DNA of 64,000 nt from Takakia lepidozioides (taxonomy: Eukaryota > Plantae > Bryophyta). Positions within the stretch are counted from its first letter, which is position 1. Every line of letters begins with the position of its first letter. The DNA is taken from the NCBI GenBank assembly GCA_030704615.1, contig CM060731.1:74276001-74340000 (forward strand), given 5' to 3'. The notes below the pieces were generated by a model. That model was given only the letters and a program-made list of their open reading frames with translations, did no database searches and had not been told where the DNA came from. The position numbers were made by a program, and so were the translations under genes. This document shows positions 13,201 through 26,954 of this stretch, in pieces.

Positions 13201-16200
13201 TTGGTTACACTTCAGCAAAACTCCACACAGACTCTCATTGTCAAGTAGAAGTACCTGTAAAGGAAGTGTTGCACCTGACCACAGAGACAAATTTGTCTGC
13301 ATTGGAAGCAGGAAAATTGAATGTAAGCATACACAGGAAGCTACGGAAAGAGAACAGGGGTCTGCCACATTGTACCTCTTCTTCCCCCCCTTGTCTCTGT
13401 GCCACCCAAATTGTGTAAAACTGCTATGGCAAACAAAGCAGATTGCCCTCCCCTGGATTTGAGCAAGGGATCTCACAATACAACTGACAAGGTGGAGGCT
13501 ACATGTTCAACATGCTTTTGCAGATTGTACAATCTACTTCTGTGAGATCATTTAAGAGAGTTGCAATTGAAGATCAAATGACGTCCAACAATGCAAGTTC
13601 TTTTGCAATGGCTAACCTTATATTTCAAAGTAAGCAAGCGGCTGTGAGGAAGGTCAGCAGCAAGCCATTCTTCAGGCCAACATGTCCCCTCCTTCCCCGC
13701 ATCCACATCAATCTTCTCTACGAAAGTGCTGCTTGTTGTAGCATTCTCGTCAGCTATCCGCCATGTCCGGTAAGGGCCACCCATCAAGCCATGCACAAAT
13801 ACCACATCCACAACCGGTGTGTCGTTGTCCTCCTGCCAGCAGACACAAGGCACCACATTTCCTCAAAACTAGAGACAAAGGACTTGACGCAGAGTCAAAG
13901 AAATACAAACCATGAGAGAACCCTATACCAAACACAACTCCATCCCTTCTAAAGTCTTAGAACATCTGTACGACAACAATGTAAGTCAATCTCCTAATTT
14001 AATCCTTGCGACATTTGGCTTCAAAACTATGCCAAAACTTAACTTCAACTTAAGTCATCAACCTTTTAGGTGAGATTATTCCAGTTTCAGAAGTTTCTGC
14101 GATGAACCCTTAAGCTTTGGTATCAAGATGACTATAAGAACACTGCAAAATGCAGTTCGATAGTTACACCACCTTGCCGGAGGATTTCTGCAAGGCCTGA
14201 ATTTGAGACAGATGGTCATGTGGGAATGGTGAATCCAGCAAGGTGAATCAGCAGATGATACCAAATGCCCTTTGTGCCCACTATTTGTGTTAGCTTGGCT
14301 CAGTAAACTGTTTTCTTCTTTCAAAGACTGAGTAGACTTCTTCCCCGTATATATATACACACAAAGATCTCTGGAAACCAGGAGTGGTGAGGAAGGGGGT
14401 CTGAAGGCTGTGGCAACCTTGGAAAAGTTAACTAAATCAATTCTTGAAGAGTTTTCAGCTCATGTCTCTGATCATACCTCTCAACAGATCAGAGCTTATA
14501 ACAATGAACCCACAAACTGGATATGGAAGATGCAATATATTTACCAACATTTGCTAACAGTGGCAAGGGTGATGGCTAAACAAGAATGTCTCGTGTTTCT
14601 GTAGATGTAACACCCACAATCTCAGTCTCTAGAGTAGTTCTATGCTGTATCTATAATTGAGGTCTCCTAGCAAAGACAGGGAACAGCTGCTTGGTACTCA
14701 CTTAAGACATTCCGAAAAAGACTATTAGTTAAGTGGATGGAAGTAAGTTTAGTACCAGTAGTTTCAGTAACGGAAGTAACTCTATAGTTTGCACTGTTAC
14801 TCACCATCTCTGAAGCACATTGAGATTCAACAAAACGACCTTCACCTACTTTCCTCATCCCTGAGCCAGAAACTTCGCTGCTACAGGTGACTCCAAAATT
14901 GCTTCTAGCTATTTGCTGTCTCCAGTATGCAGCATCAGGGTTGAAAATAAAAACACCATCTTCATAACGAGGCCAAATTTCGCTCATTCCCTTGAGCGAT
15001 TCTTCCTCCTCTTTCCCTGATCCTGATAATGCAACCCCCTTCTCTGCCATTTCCTTTGCTTGAGAGACATGGAGCAAAACTGCACGTGCGTGGCTGCGTA
15101 GTTTTAGGTCACTCCCAAAATCACCATCTGCACAGGCCTCTAGCCAATCACACCATGTTGGGTCACTTGCTATAGCCACTGAGGCCAACCGTTCCAAAGA
15201 GAGAATTGAAAGCAACCGGGCAGTATGCTTCCGGATATGGGCTGTAGGGGGCTCGTTGGAGCTGGAAAACTCCCTGGACTTCACTGGGGGCACTTTTTCC
15301 TCTGATCCTGCATTACTGGCATGGACTGAAGGGACTGGCTTGTTACTTTCAGATGCTTCAGCGGCTGCCCACTGATCAAAGTCATTGCAGAGCAAAAGCC
15401 GCCTTAGCAAACATAGGCCACCTGCCTCTATGACTCGTTGCCTACCAACCTGTTCACAACACATGGACAATGTTAAACCCTTCTTCTAAAACTGCTTAAC
15501 GATGACTGGGTTCACGATAGAAATACACGTTTGATAATTTTGAGATTGTGATCAAACTGACCGGATCCTCTGCTGTCAACTCTGTCAAGGCTTTGACAGC
15601 CTTCAAGGTAGCGAATGCAGCTTCCTCCGCAGTGACCTTTGGCAGCATATCTTTGTTACCAGACTTGGATAATGACTCAGTGGACAGGTCAAAGCCTAGC
15701 AAGTCCACCATGGGTAATACGGCGGCACTTTCAGCAACGGCTTGTTCAACCTGTTCAGTTGTTGCTGCCAGAGCTGCTGCTTCTTTGGCTACTACTTTTG
15801 CCAGCTCTGAAGCTGCCGCAGTTGCCAATTTGATTCGTTCACTCTGCAACAATGAGCAACTGTGAGGAAGAGAGAGATACCCACTGACCATTCCTTGCAA
15901 ATTCTGGCAATGATATCTCCACGGATAGTCATAGTCCCTGCAAGATATTGACCCTCCCAGAGCTAGTTGAGAGATTTAGTCCCAGCGCGTATGTGAACTT
16001 GCTTGACCTTCCTGCACTTCTCCATACTTTTGAGATCCCCACTAACCCTGTTGCTTAGCATTTCCCAAGCTAATTACAACAATCAAAATGTTTGGATGAG
16101 AGAACGTTGGTCAGAGAGTTCTCCTAAATCCACCCAGAAGTTTACAAAAGACCACATTGGGGTTGAGCGAGCACTACACCTGGACCATGCCTCTTTCTTT

Positions 16201-19200
16201 AGCTTCCTTGATGGAGGATGGACCTTGTTTATGTACCCTGGGCTTTGGTTTGCTACCACTCACAATATCCATAAGAAGCATGGCAAGCCAAGCTTGTGAG
16301 ATGGGTATCCCCCCTTGTCCCAGATGATTGACCACACGTGTCAAAATGCGGCACCCACATGCTCTTGCCTGACTTTCTGATGTTTGGCTACAAGCCCAAC
16401 GAAGCAGAACTGGAGACCATTTCTTGCTCTCCTCAACTGACATCCCCACAGCTGAAGCCGTCAGCACATCGAGAGTTTGTGCAACTGCCCCTTGAACTCG
16501 TGCATCTGTTTCGGTCTGCTTGGCAAGCTCTCGCAGTACAGGGAGCCCCTCCTCTGTCACAAACCTGTGGGCGTCTGCTGGTTAAACAGAAGCCATGAAG
16601 TCACATGAGTACATCAACATGAGAGAAACCAATAACAATGTCCACTCCAAAACATGACTATAGAAAAGCAGAAAATATCAGCTACGGAACTGCGGCAATG
16701 CAAACTCTGTTAATGCCAACAGCCATGCTGAAACTGTCATGATAAGAGATCTCAGTGGCACTACAATCAGATGCATGATTAACTAAAAATGTGACCTTTT
16801 CCACTTGTAGCACCGGTCAACCAATTTCAAAAAAATTGAATCCATTTCCCATACTGCGTTCTGCAATCCATTCTCCCCAATGTGCATACTGGCACGGCCA
16901 CAAAATGACAACTAGGATGGAATTGCTACTCTGGTCAACAAATACGATCAAATTGTAACTAGGCACGTTAAAAGAGCAATTGTGTGATTTCCAGTAACCC
17001 CTGGGCCAGAGATTTTCAGATTGGAGCAAAACTCAGTGTAGCAGATAAAAGCAAATTGCAGAAGCTTCGGCAAATTCATCAGAGACAGGATTCACCCAAA
17101 TTCCATAAAGAGAGTGAGTTGAATGTCCAACATAGAAGTAATACATTCCAAGGTCCCACATACATGACAACCCAACTCAGGAATGGGTGTGCCCATGTCA
17201 TATTCAGAGTGGACTTGAAAACTTATTCATTTGACCATATATAACCTAGGTTAGAGTTGTCTCATATGCTTGACCAGTGACAGCATGTCAAGTCTGCAGA
17301 TAGGGGGTGATATTAAGTGAATCCCGTTCCACTTGTTGACCTTAGGACAGGGCTAATTTAACTGGTAACAACTGTAGCCATAATACAGGCAAATAGTTGT
17401 AGGCACACACCCTCGCTATGTGACACACAGGCCCTCAGAGCAGTCAGAGCTGATTGTGCCAGTGGCGAGTCGTGGTAGCTGGCAGCCTCAGCTGCCATAG
17501 CCAGTAGGGCAGAGCTCCAACGAGCTGCGACCTCATCAAACCCCCGATCCGCATTCTGCAAGAGAAACTTCATTGCTGTCGCTCCATGCCACCTCACTGT
17601 TCTCTCAGGTGCCAGTACAGCCGCTAGTAAGGCATCACCTTCCTTATCAATCTGTACTATGGTTGATCGGTTAGCACTCGAGGCCTGGGCCCAGGTATCA
17701 AGTGCCCAGGCTGCCAATGGCACAGCCACATATTGACCTGGAAGATCATCCCAAAGACCAAATCTGCTGCCAGAGCTTTCATTGGACCATTTCCTCCTCA
17801 ACCCTCCGGCACTTCCTCGTTCATTTACTCTCTGTAGTCGCTCAGTCATTATATCAGCTGGGATATTGCTTCTGCCCAAGTGACTTTCCAAAGGAATTTC
17901 CGGGGCCCACAGCTCTCGGACAAAGCTCACCAGTTTGCTGTCCATATCAGCAAAGGCAAACGGTAATAAGTTTTGTTGCGTTCGCTGGACGCCAATAACA
18001 TTTGTGCCCCCACGCACAAGGATGCCAATTCCATGAACCCCTCCTCGATCCTTCTCATTTTCTCCCTCAGACTCTCCCTCGTCATCCATGAGCCATCCCC
18101 CCTCCACTACCTGTAAAGCTGCTGCAATGTCTGCTGGGTCCGCTTTCCCTGCAAAACCAAACACAATGACACAGCTGTGTGAAGCAGCTTTTACTAAGTC
18201 AGATAGATAGAGCGATCATACTACTGAATTTTATACCACTCAGGGGCTTGGGGTGAACAGAGGAACCTATAAGTGGAGAGGGAGACATTGGAAGTGTGAA
18301 CCTTGGGGAGATATACCCTCTGCTTGCTGTCAAAACAAATTGAGAACTGCAAACCTCTCCCTAATGTGCAGTACTGCAGAGACTGTAGTATCTCCTTCTA
18401 ACCCCAGAATACAAAGGGTAGACAGAAGAAATGTTGCTGCGTCTCCACTTTTGGCATAGTGTAAGCGGGGCCAGTATGCTAATCGATTGATGTTGACACT
18501 CTCCTCCATTCTCTGAAAGTATAAATGATGTGGAGAAGTTGTGGACAAGTAGTAGGGGTTAGATTAGTATGACCCCTAGTGGCGCACATGGATATTCAGG
18601 AGGTCCCCTTTGCTCAGACTGCTCCCCTCCTGCTTCGTGAGCATGAGCCTGGGGAGGATTGAATCAAACTAATTTTCCTGTGGACAGTCACTTTGTATAT
18701 GAATTGGCTGAACTTGGTGAACTAGCAAGTTTGTGAACCGGTAAGGGTAATTTCTGGGAGGTGCAAATTATGCCAGCAGCCAGTGGCCCAAATGAGGCCT
18801 TGTACTGCACAGGATTGTCAAACTCTCTTCATAGAGTTTCTACTGATGTTGTGCGATAGTCCAACCATATCAAAGAATGTACTCTTAAGACGTTGTTTGC
18901 CATAGCCTTGTGGCCATAGATCCCATGCCAGAGAGTATCAGAGAAAGAGAATGTACTCACGAGACCGATGGCCCAGTGGTTAGGGCAGAAGGTCACCTTG
19001 GAAGCAGTCGGGGGTTCAAAGCCCTGGTGTATGTTGGATGTCACCCATATAGCCAACCCAGCTATAAAAAGGAGGTCACTGGGTCAACCGGTCACCTAAT
19101 GTGTGGGTACCTGAGGGACTTTCGAGTCCTTGGGGAAGGTTTGGGCAACCGTGTTGCCCCAGTTACGGCCTTTAGAAGGTGTCCACCTTCCAAACGGGAA

Positions 19201-21894
19201 GCAGCAGCACTTCGATTGAAGTGACGTCATAACTTTCACTTGCTTCGGCAGGAGTCAACCATTTTACTCGTGAGATGTTGTTTGCCATATCAGAGAGCGA
19301 CAGAGAGATGATTGAAACTCTAAGACAACCTATTCATACATTGTCCTAGATGATATAATCTAACCTGGAAGCATTGGTCGAAACCCAGTATAGGCATCAC
19401 CATCATCACAACTTGAGGTGATGAGGTCCATGATAGCTGCCACAAGTAGGCTCTTCCCACGAGGTACTTGCCCACCCTCTTGTATCACTTGAACATTCTT
19501 CCCTTGCTTCAAAGTCTGCAGATCAGAAATCCAACTCCATACTTACCGTCAGATGCACTGTTCTGTCATTATGAGATGATCTGAAACCACATTGTTACCC
19601 TACTTTTCAACCAATTCCAGCATTGCAATGTTGATTCAAAAATTACCACAGTGCATCATTTGAATCATGCCAAAAACCTCTCTCACCTTGCCTCAAAAGT
19701 ATGGTTATGTAATATGTTGCGTTAATCGTAATAATGTGCTATATATGTAATCCTACCCTCTCAACTTCTAGAACTGAGCCAAGAGGCTTCGGAAGCAAGG
19801 TACCAACAGGGAGAGAAACTTTTCAGATTGTATTCGGCCTCCAGGTCATAAAGCCTGCACCTACAAATAACAAGCAGGACGAGGAAACTGGCACTACAGA
19901 CAGGAGAGAAATGAAATGATATGAAATGGTGCTTTATAGCATCCACAGAAAGCTCAAAGAGCTCAGAGAGGGACAGGCACAATCTATATTCTCAACAAAA
20001 TTCTTGTCTGAAAGTGCAACTACAAACCTCAATAGCATCATGAGGACGAAGAGAGGCTGCGAAATGGAGTAGGTAGGGCAGGGCATGGGGCCTGCCTAAT
20101 ACCATCTCACATGTGTTCACGTCCGACAGTAGGTGGGCAAGGGCCCTTGATGCCTCTGCCTGAGTCACCACGCATGCCGGCCTGCCATTAGAGTAATCAA
20201 GAAGATTGCATGCATAAGTCAGAGAACTTCAAATAGAGCTGCATGACGTATAGTCTCTGTTGAACTACAGAGAAATTGCCATCACAGCCATCAAAAGGAG
20301 TCGAAAGACCCAATCAACCATAGAACTCGATTCTGTGGGTGGGTGCCTGTGTGATCGTTGAAACTAGTTCCTTTCCAAAGCATGGAGAGAGAGAATGTAC
20401 TCATCAGACGTTGTTTCAAAGCATGGAGAGAGAATGAGAAAATCAATGCCAGTGATGAATTTGACACAACACAGTATGGCCAGTGTAACTTTAAATTTAT
20501 CAAGACCTACCTGCCTCCCCCAACAGACTTCAAAAGCCAGTCCACCACTGCACCTCTCCCAGACTGCACCACTGCCATCCTCCGGCTCTCATGTGCTGCA
20601 AGATCTGTCACCTTCATGATTGTAAGACAACAGTAAACTCAATCCAGGATAACAACCCCCACCAAGTAGATCAACACTTGACACATTATAACATTTCGTG
20701 GTTACTGTTTCAATTTCCCGTTAATGAGACATAATCTGCTGCAAATGCGGCTACTAATTGGAGTGACACAGCCTCAAAAGCGCTACATCACATACAAACA
20801 AAGGAGAAGGGTTTGCTAAATGTTCTTGACACACATGATCATGAAGCCTTAACCCCATGGGAACTCTGGAAATTTTCATATTTGAAAAATGGGGCACATT
20901 ACATGTGTTTATGTTTTCACTGAAATGCGATTCCAGTTCCTCGGGTACCTGACTACCAGTGGCAACAGTGGCTACAAAACTAAGTTGATGCCCACAGCAG
21001 TTGAACACCATACAATCATACAAATTGAGATATTTGGCAAAATTCACCAGAGGCTATAAACCTGGGCGACTACCCTCAATCCCAACGACTCACTCCACCA
21101 TGCCAATAAAACTTACAAGAATTAATGAGGTAATTTAATATATCTTCACTAACTTGTGGCTGCAACAACTTGTACACCATACCTGCTAACAAAGATGCTA
21201 CTCTCGGTCGCCACCAAGCATTCACGCCAAGTTTTTCACCGTCACTGGCAGATGCAAGCACCGAAGACAGGCATCGAACCAACACCACGGCTGCTGCACC
21301 TGCTTCCATTAAGTCCACAAAAGACTCCACCAATTTTTCCTCCAAGCTGCCCATCATCTGGGCCATCTCCCGTCCAATGCCTGCGGCAAAATCAGAAACG
21401 GCCGAGAAGCCAGAAACCACCTGTGCCTTCAATTCTGCAGCTGACATGGACATGGTTGCCGATGCTGCAACGAACATTAACAGTGCAGCCGCACCTGCCC
21501 CAGCAAAATAGAATGCCCGCTGCCTGTTATGCCGATCAAGTGTTTTCGCCGTTTCTGCCAACAATGGATCCTCTGGGCCATCAGGCAATCCTTCTCCTCC
21601 TGCAACACTATGCAAATAAAGCCAGGATCTGCGGCTGACGCCATCCAGCGTAGATCTCTCTTGAGGCGGTGGCAGCGTTTGCTTCGTTGCCAAGAGAGGG
21701 AAGGACGATGGAGAGATACCAGGTTTCAAAACCCTAAACCCTAGAATTTGCTCATAACAATGCTTGCTGCCAGGAGATAAAGAGGGACGGAGGTGGATCT
21801 CTGAAGTGGGAGTCGGTCTTTCCAACTTATGGCAAGAAATTCGGCCCCTCAATTGCGGCCACAGATGGCGACGCACGTTTGTGCGAACGAACAT
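10283..21894 (-). CDS. SERAC1: SERAC1-like ARM-repeat plus C-terminal alpha/beta-hydrolase protein, about 1332 aa, 16 exons: 21183-21894, 20511-20604, 20028-20181, 19365-19515, 17411-18148, 16180-16574, 15562-15843, 14805-15449, 13617-13832, 13255-13296, 12911-12987, 12291-12378, 11644-11727, 10968-11066, 10674-10772, 10283-10405
   Basis: All junctions are GT-AG and phase-compatible, totalling 3999 nt. Motifs: DVVFVHGLMGGPYRTWR, CWPEEWL, VVFVTHSMGGLVVKQ (nucleophile elbow), FYSCPHFGSKLAD, IVPIESAYPG, TDHVNSCKP. An extra small phase-0 exon cannot be excluded. Confidence 0.9.
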
Positions 21895-22645
21895 TTGCGT
21901 TTAAAGTTTTGAGCTGCATTCCCTTTGCTCACTACGCCCACTTCCCTCAACTCTCCTTGAACAATTCCTCCTCCAAACCCACTCCGATTTAGAAGAAGAG
22001 AGAGGAATTTACATAAGAGAAAGAGAGAGAAAATTGATAGTCGACACACGAGACAATCCAAAGCTCTATGTACGAGATCAGTCCAGAAAGCGAAGGGGAA
22101 GGGCGGCTACCGGTGCACATGTGCCCAACTCTTGTAAGGCCACCACGTGCCAGTCCAAGTGACGCCACTTGGCATATTCCAGAAGTATCATTACCAGGAA
22201 AATAAGAACATGAACACGGGAAGGTTGCAGGGGGGAGATGGTGACGATCGCTTGCAGGAACAATCGCGCATAAGAACTTTCATTCTGATCCCTTAAACCC
22301 AGTGTTGAGTTTTTGAAAAATGGAAAAAAAATAAAAATTAAGAGAGCTTCAGGTTGAGAGCTTGATCCTCATGACCATGAAAGAAAGACCTCCGTAAGTG
22401 ATTGGCTGTCTCTGAACAGGTAAGTAGTAGTAGAAGGCCCTGACTTTATGACAGTGGAAGAAGAAATGTTGCTCAGCCGCAATCTCCTGTCTATCTTTTC
22501 TTGCACAAGCAGGGTACAAGCATTCATTACACTACAGATTAACCCATCTACCAGTTTCCTCCCAGTTTCCATCCTCAGGCTGGGATCTGAACCCAATGCC
22601 CATAGAAGAGATGGAGAGAGTGGTGTAGTCAAGTAGTTGGGCTGT

Positions 22646-22869
22646 GAGAGAGAGAGAGAGAGACACTGTGGAAACGAACGAGAGAGAGATAGTATGTGCG
22701 CATGACTATACCATTAGAGGGTGCAGTCCCCACAAGCTATTAAAGTGTCAGCTAGCCAGTCGGGGTTCATCTCACCAGGGTCACTGTATGAAGCTCAACG
22801 GAAAGATGTGGTTGAGACGAAAGAAAGCGACAAAAGAAACTATGATTGAGAGAGAGAGAGAGAGAGAGA
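22646..22869. repeat. (GA)n microsatellites
   Basis: GA runs at about 22646-22662, 22680-22689 and 22847-22869. Confidence 0.8.
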
Positions 22870-24918
22870 TCAGACACACACACCAGGCAGCAATAGACTC
22901 ACAGGAAGAGTCAGGGAAGAGAGCTCTTAACATTAGCCAGCTGCAAGCTAGCCTACAAAGAAACGGATGTCGGTGCATGATCTACTGAAAAATCCAGAGA
23001 TTTTGCCCTTACTGCAATTTGCATATCCTGTCAAAAGATGTAAGAAATCCTAGAGATGTAGTATGTCCACCCCCATACCAATTTTTTATTTAGCTGCACG
23101 GTGAAATGGAGTGGGCCAGCTGCACATGTGAAAGTGAATTGATCTTTGACTTAGACCTCTGCGCTGGATGAAATGGAACTGGAGTCACTAGATCTTCAGG
23201 ATGTATATATAGACCTATGGATTGAGTACCACTAATGACAATCTGAACACTCCATGAAAAGGAAACACCTACAAACCTTGTAGTGTGTTTGCCAACTTGT
23301 GCAAAATCCCTTGCAGCCTTCCATGCAGCCCTCCAGCGCTTTGCAAGGCTAGACAGGGAACAAAGAATACATTGCAAAATATGGAGCCCTTACATTCATC
23401 CAGAAAGGACTTTAACTTAGTCTTAAAGTGCTCTGAAGAAGAACAAGAAGGTCTATCAAACTTGGGCGCAAATTGGGAGTTACTGAGGACAATGGTTGTT
23501 ATGGGACAAATAGAGTTCAGTTCTATTATGGAGGCTGCTGCTTCAGGTGACCGGGCCAGAAGGCCTGATCAGAACAGAAACCAGGACTTCAATACCAGTT
23601 TGGAGAAACAGAGCGAATTTCGAGATAGGGGTGCACTTAACACCCAAATGCAACGAAGAGATGATTCCCTGGTGCCCATCCTTGTAGATATGATGCCTGG
23701 GTTGAACAGCATTAAATTTTAATGAAGTTCACATTCCCACATTCCAGTTGACCAGGCTAGTGGGCCCAATGATCACTTGTCAGGCCCCCAGCAACAATCA
23801 CAACAATTGGACTGCTCTATACTCATTCTGGCAGGATCTAAGTTCTTCCCTCATGTGGGCATTCTCTGGATGAAAAAAAGAAATTCTTTCTTGTCAAAAT
23901 ATGAGGAAATCTAACAGATCTGTGCCTTCGTCTCTCTCTCATTTTGTTTAAATTCTTTCTCTCTGCTATCGAACGTTCCAGTGTGTTTCTAGTCGTGTCC
24001 CTCTTGTGGATGTAATACTTGTAATCTCTCTTACTCACTGTCTTAAGTAGTCCTGTACTGGCCCCTTGGTGGGGTCCATGAAGACTCAACAAGGTTTTCC
24101 TCAAGGATTTCTTTTTCTTTCCTTCACCCGATTGTGGTCCATGTTAATGAGGCGTGCTTCTAGTTTTCTCTTGTACCCGTACTTTGCACATGTTCCCTAA
24201 GGCCCATCCCTATTGGATCTAACAAATTTCAAGATTCCATTCTTACTTTTCTTTCCCCCCTGAACATCCCTGTCCCCATTGCTCCCTTTTAAGTCACAAT
24301 GAGAGTGTGTGATATGTGGCCGTGCAAGACTGCAAGAAGTACAGACCGGTAGAGTACATCATCCGTCATTATTCTCACTAACTGTTTCTTCTTTCATGGT
24401 GCACAATTGGGAAGATCGTAGGTCGAACTACTGAAGCAATTGCACCCTCCCTCCAGCCTCCCTCCAGTAGCGAGGGTTGCTTACATGGATACCAGTCATG
24501 TCACGGGTGTCAAGAAAATTCGAATGTGGATAGAATGTGGATAGAATGTGAATGATCTTCTCTGGCGACTGTAACTCAATTGAAGATTCGAATCCACTCT
24601 TTCCCTGACCAAAAGCTCTATATAGAATTAATCAAGTACGTCATACATTTCATTTAAAATAGATGTCCAAACGTTGCTAAAAGTAACAACAGAAGTTTGC
24701 TTTACATTTTATGACACATGAGAATATTTCAAGTCCTCCTATGCAGATCAAGCATGCAGACATTTGAAGTGATTCTTAGTTAAGCAGGCCGCAGTGTTCT
24801 CTATCTACGAGGAACATATTGAAAATGGTGGACATTGAAAGTGTTGTGACTCACAATATATCAAACTTGATGCAGCTGCATCTGATCAATGTGTTCTAAA
24901 TGTGGTTCTGGACATTGG

Positions 24919-26144
24919 TCATCCCTGAGGGTGCCGGTAGCGCTTGTGCAGGGCGCTCCAGTGAATATTTCCACACATGAGCTCCTTCACACCTTCCACA
25001 CAGCGGCGCACAACATTGGCGAAAGGTTCAGCCTCCCGAATGGACAATTGCGTCTCCAGCTCCAAGACGATGTGAGCGTATGAGTTCGCCAAGTCCACGG
25101 CTCTCCACGCAGCTTGGGGTAGCGTTGTGCCTTCACATTCCATCAACACCATGATTAGATTGCGCGGATTCTTTTCATGTGCAACCTCCTTGGAGTAGGA
25201 GAAAACATCGTTGACGAAAGCGGCCTGAATGACGGCCGCGTTGGTCAGCTGTTGCATGATGGGTTGCGCGCGCATCTCTTCTGGAAGAAAGGCGTTCTTA
25301 CCATACTCCACCATATTCACACTAAACAAGGCTCCAGAGTTCCAGGCGCGCATTTGGGTGAAAGTCTCCAAGTCTTGCCAATATAAGCGGTCACCTGCAA
25401 TGTCGGTTTGGCTGGAAACGCTCATTCTGTGGTGCTCGAGGAGAGAGTCTGCAAAATTGTTGAACCATTCCGGGTTGGACAGGAGTCGCATGTCCTGACC
25501 CAATTCCCACATCATCCTCTCGATCGAGGTGGGAGCTCTTGCTGCCTGAAGAGCAGGTTCAAGTTGCTGAGGACCTCTCCGATTTTGTCATGGCTCTTAA
25601 GGACGCTGCAATCGATGCCATACTCCTCGAGCAGCAAGTCGTCTGGATTATCCAACAAAAGATCATCCAGGAGGAACATGAGGGCGTATACTATAGAGAT
25701 GTGTACAAGACGATCAGAACTGACGGTTCCGCTGAACACAAAGCTGGCACTCGACACACCCAGACGAAGATAGGATTTATACGAGTCGATTTGCCAGCGC
25801 TCGGCAATTTTCATCACGCGTTCCTCGGCTTCAATTACAAATACGCTCTGGTGTCGAGGTGGGAAGCCGCTGATGTTCAGGGAAGGGACGAGAACTGGAA
25901 GTTCGATCTTATCGGTCGCCGGATTTTTAACTGCTAGATGGTCAGATTGTTGCAGTTCTAGCCTACTAGCTGTGCATCGTACTAGAAGGGCATTAGACCA
26001 GTATTTGACAGGAGGAGTGAAGCATGGGCGCTTCTGATAGGCAGCAGTTGTAGGGAGGGAGCCAGGGAAGAAGGTAGGCAGACCACTTCGGGAATGAAGT
26101 GACAAGCCATTCTGGAGCGGGCTCTGGCAGAGCTGGGGAACCAT
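24919..26144 (-). pseudogene. Microbial-type terpene synthase-like (MTPSL), intronless, predicted plastid transit peptide, frameshifted
   Basis: Class I terpene cyclase motifs FLLDDLLLD (DDxxxD), NDVFSYSKE (NSE/DTE) and WSALHKRY (WxxxxxRY). A frameshift near 25520 separates the halves (PP / IERMMWELG). The N-terminus from ATG 26144 is S/T/P-rich and ends in VRC-TA. Confidence 0.88.
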
Positions 26145-26375
26145 TCTGCAGTCCTCCCTGCAGCTGGTACAGTTAGAGCGGCCCACTACAGTGCGCGGGG
26201 GCAGCAGAGCGATGAAGAGGGACCTTGACGTGATGACAGTAATCACAGTATAAAAGCAACATATGAGCAACGTTGCAACTCCTCAGCGGGTTCAGGAATC
26301 ATCGGTTGAGGACGCGCACACAGTGCCATGCATGGAGCTCTCGATCAGCAGCTGAGTGGAGCTGGAATGCGGATC

Positions 26376-26390
26376 TTCTATATACACGTA
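26376..26390 (-). promoter_or_regulatory. Candidate TATA box with adjacent ACGT-core element for the MTPSL gene
   Basis: Minus strand reads TACGTG-TATATAGAA about 240 bp upstream of the ATG. Confidence 0.4.
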
Positions 26391-26667
26391 ATTTCTCTTC
26401 TCATCGCCCTCATGCACGACATACTCAACACAACCCTGAACGCGAAGGCTCATTCCTCCACACTTTGGCCCAACATTCTCGGATACGCCTTTCATGAGGG
26501 TCGTACTCTCTGGAATCTGCCTCGGCATCCCATGACTAGCAAAAATACATAACTAACTAATGTATTGTACTCTAACAGGCTTTTTTTTTCTTTTTTTTTT
26601 TAAAGGGAAACACCTGGGAGCGACAGCTCACAAATCAGGCCCCTTGATACTGAGAGGAGAAAATAAC

Positions 26668-26954
26668 CAGTGTTGGGCGGTCATTTGATTTTTTTAATAA
26701 CCAACGGTTCCGGTTGCTTCACATTTTAGGAAACTACTAACCTGCGGTTGCAGTTACTTGCAAAAATCTCAAATAACCGGCGGTTTTCATCAAACAACCT
26801 TGGGTATTGGGCGGTCCTTTAACCTTGGTTATTTGAATGCTTGACCTCCGCCGTTTCCTAACTGGATGGGTTTCTTCATTTTTTCACCTCCATTGGTCAT
26901 AAATATACATAACCGGACAGATAACCGCTGGATTTAAATAACCGCCCAACACTG
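26668..26954. mobile_element. hAT-type MITE, 287 bp
   Basis: 14-bp TIRs cagtgttgggcggt / accgcccaacactg, exact 8-bp TSD aaaataac (26660-26667 and 26955-26962), internal aaccg/cggtt motifs. Confidence 0.9.

Noticed and set aside
24919-26144. Bacterial contamination explaining the terpene synthase or the methyltransferase
   Set aside because: Both are embedded in plant repeats. The synthase has a transit-peptide-like extension and the MTase has spliceosomal introns.
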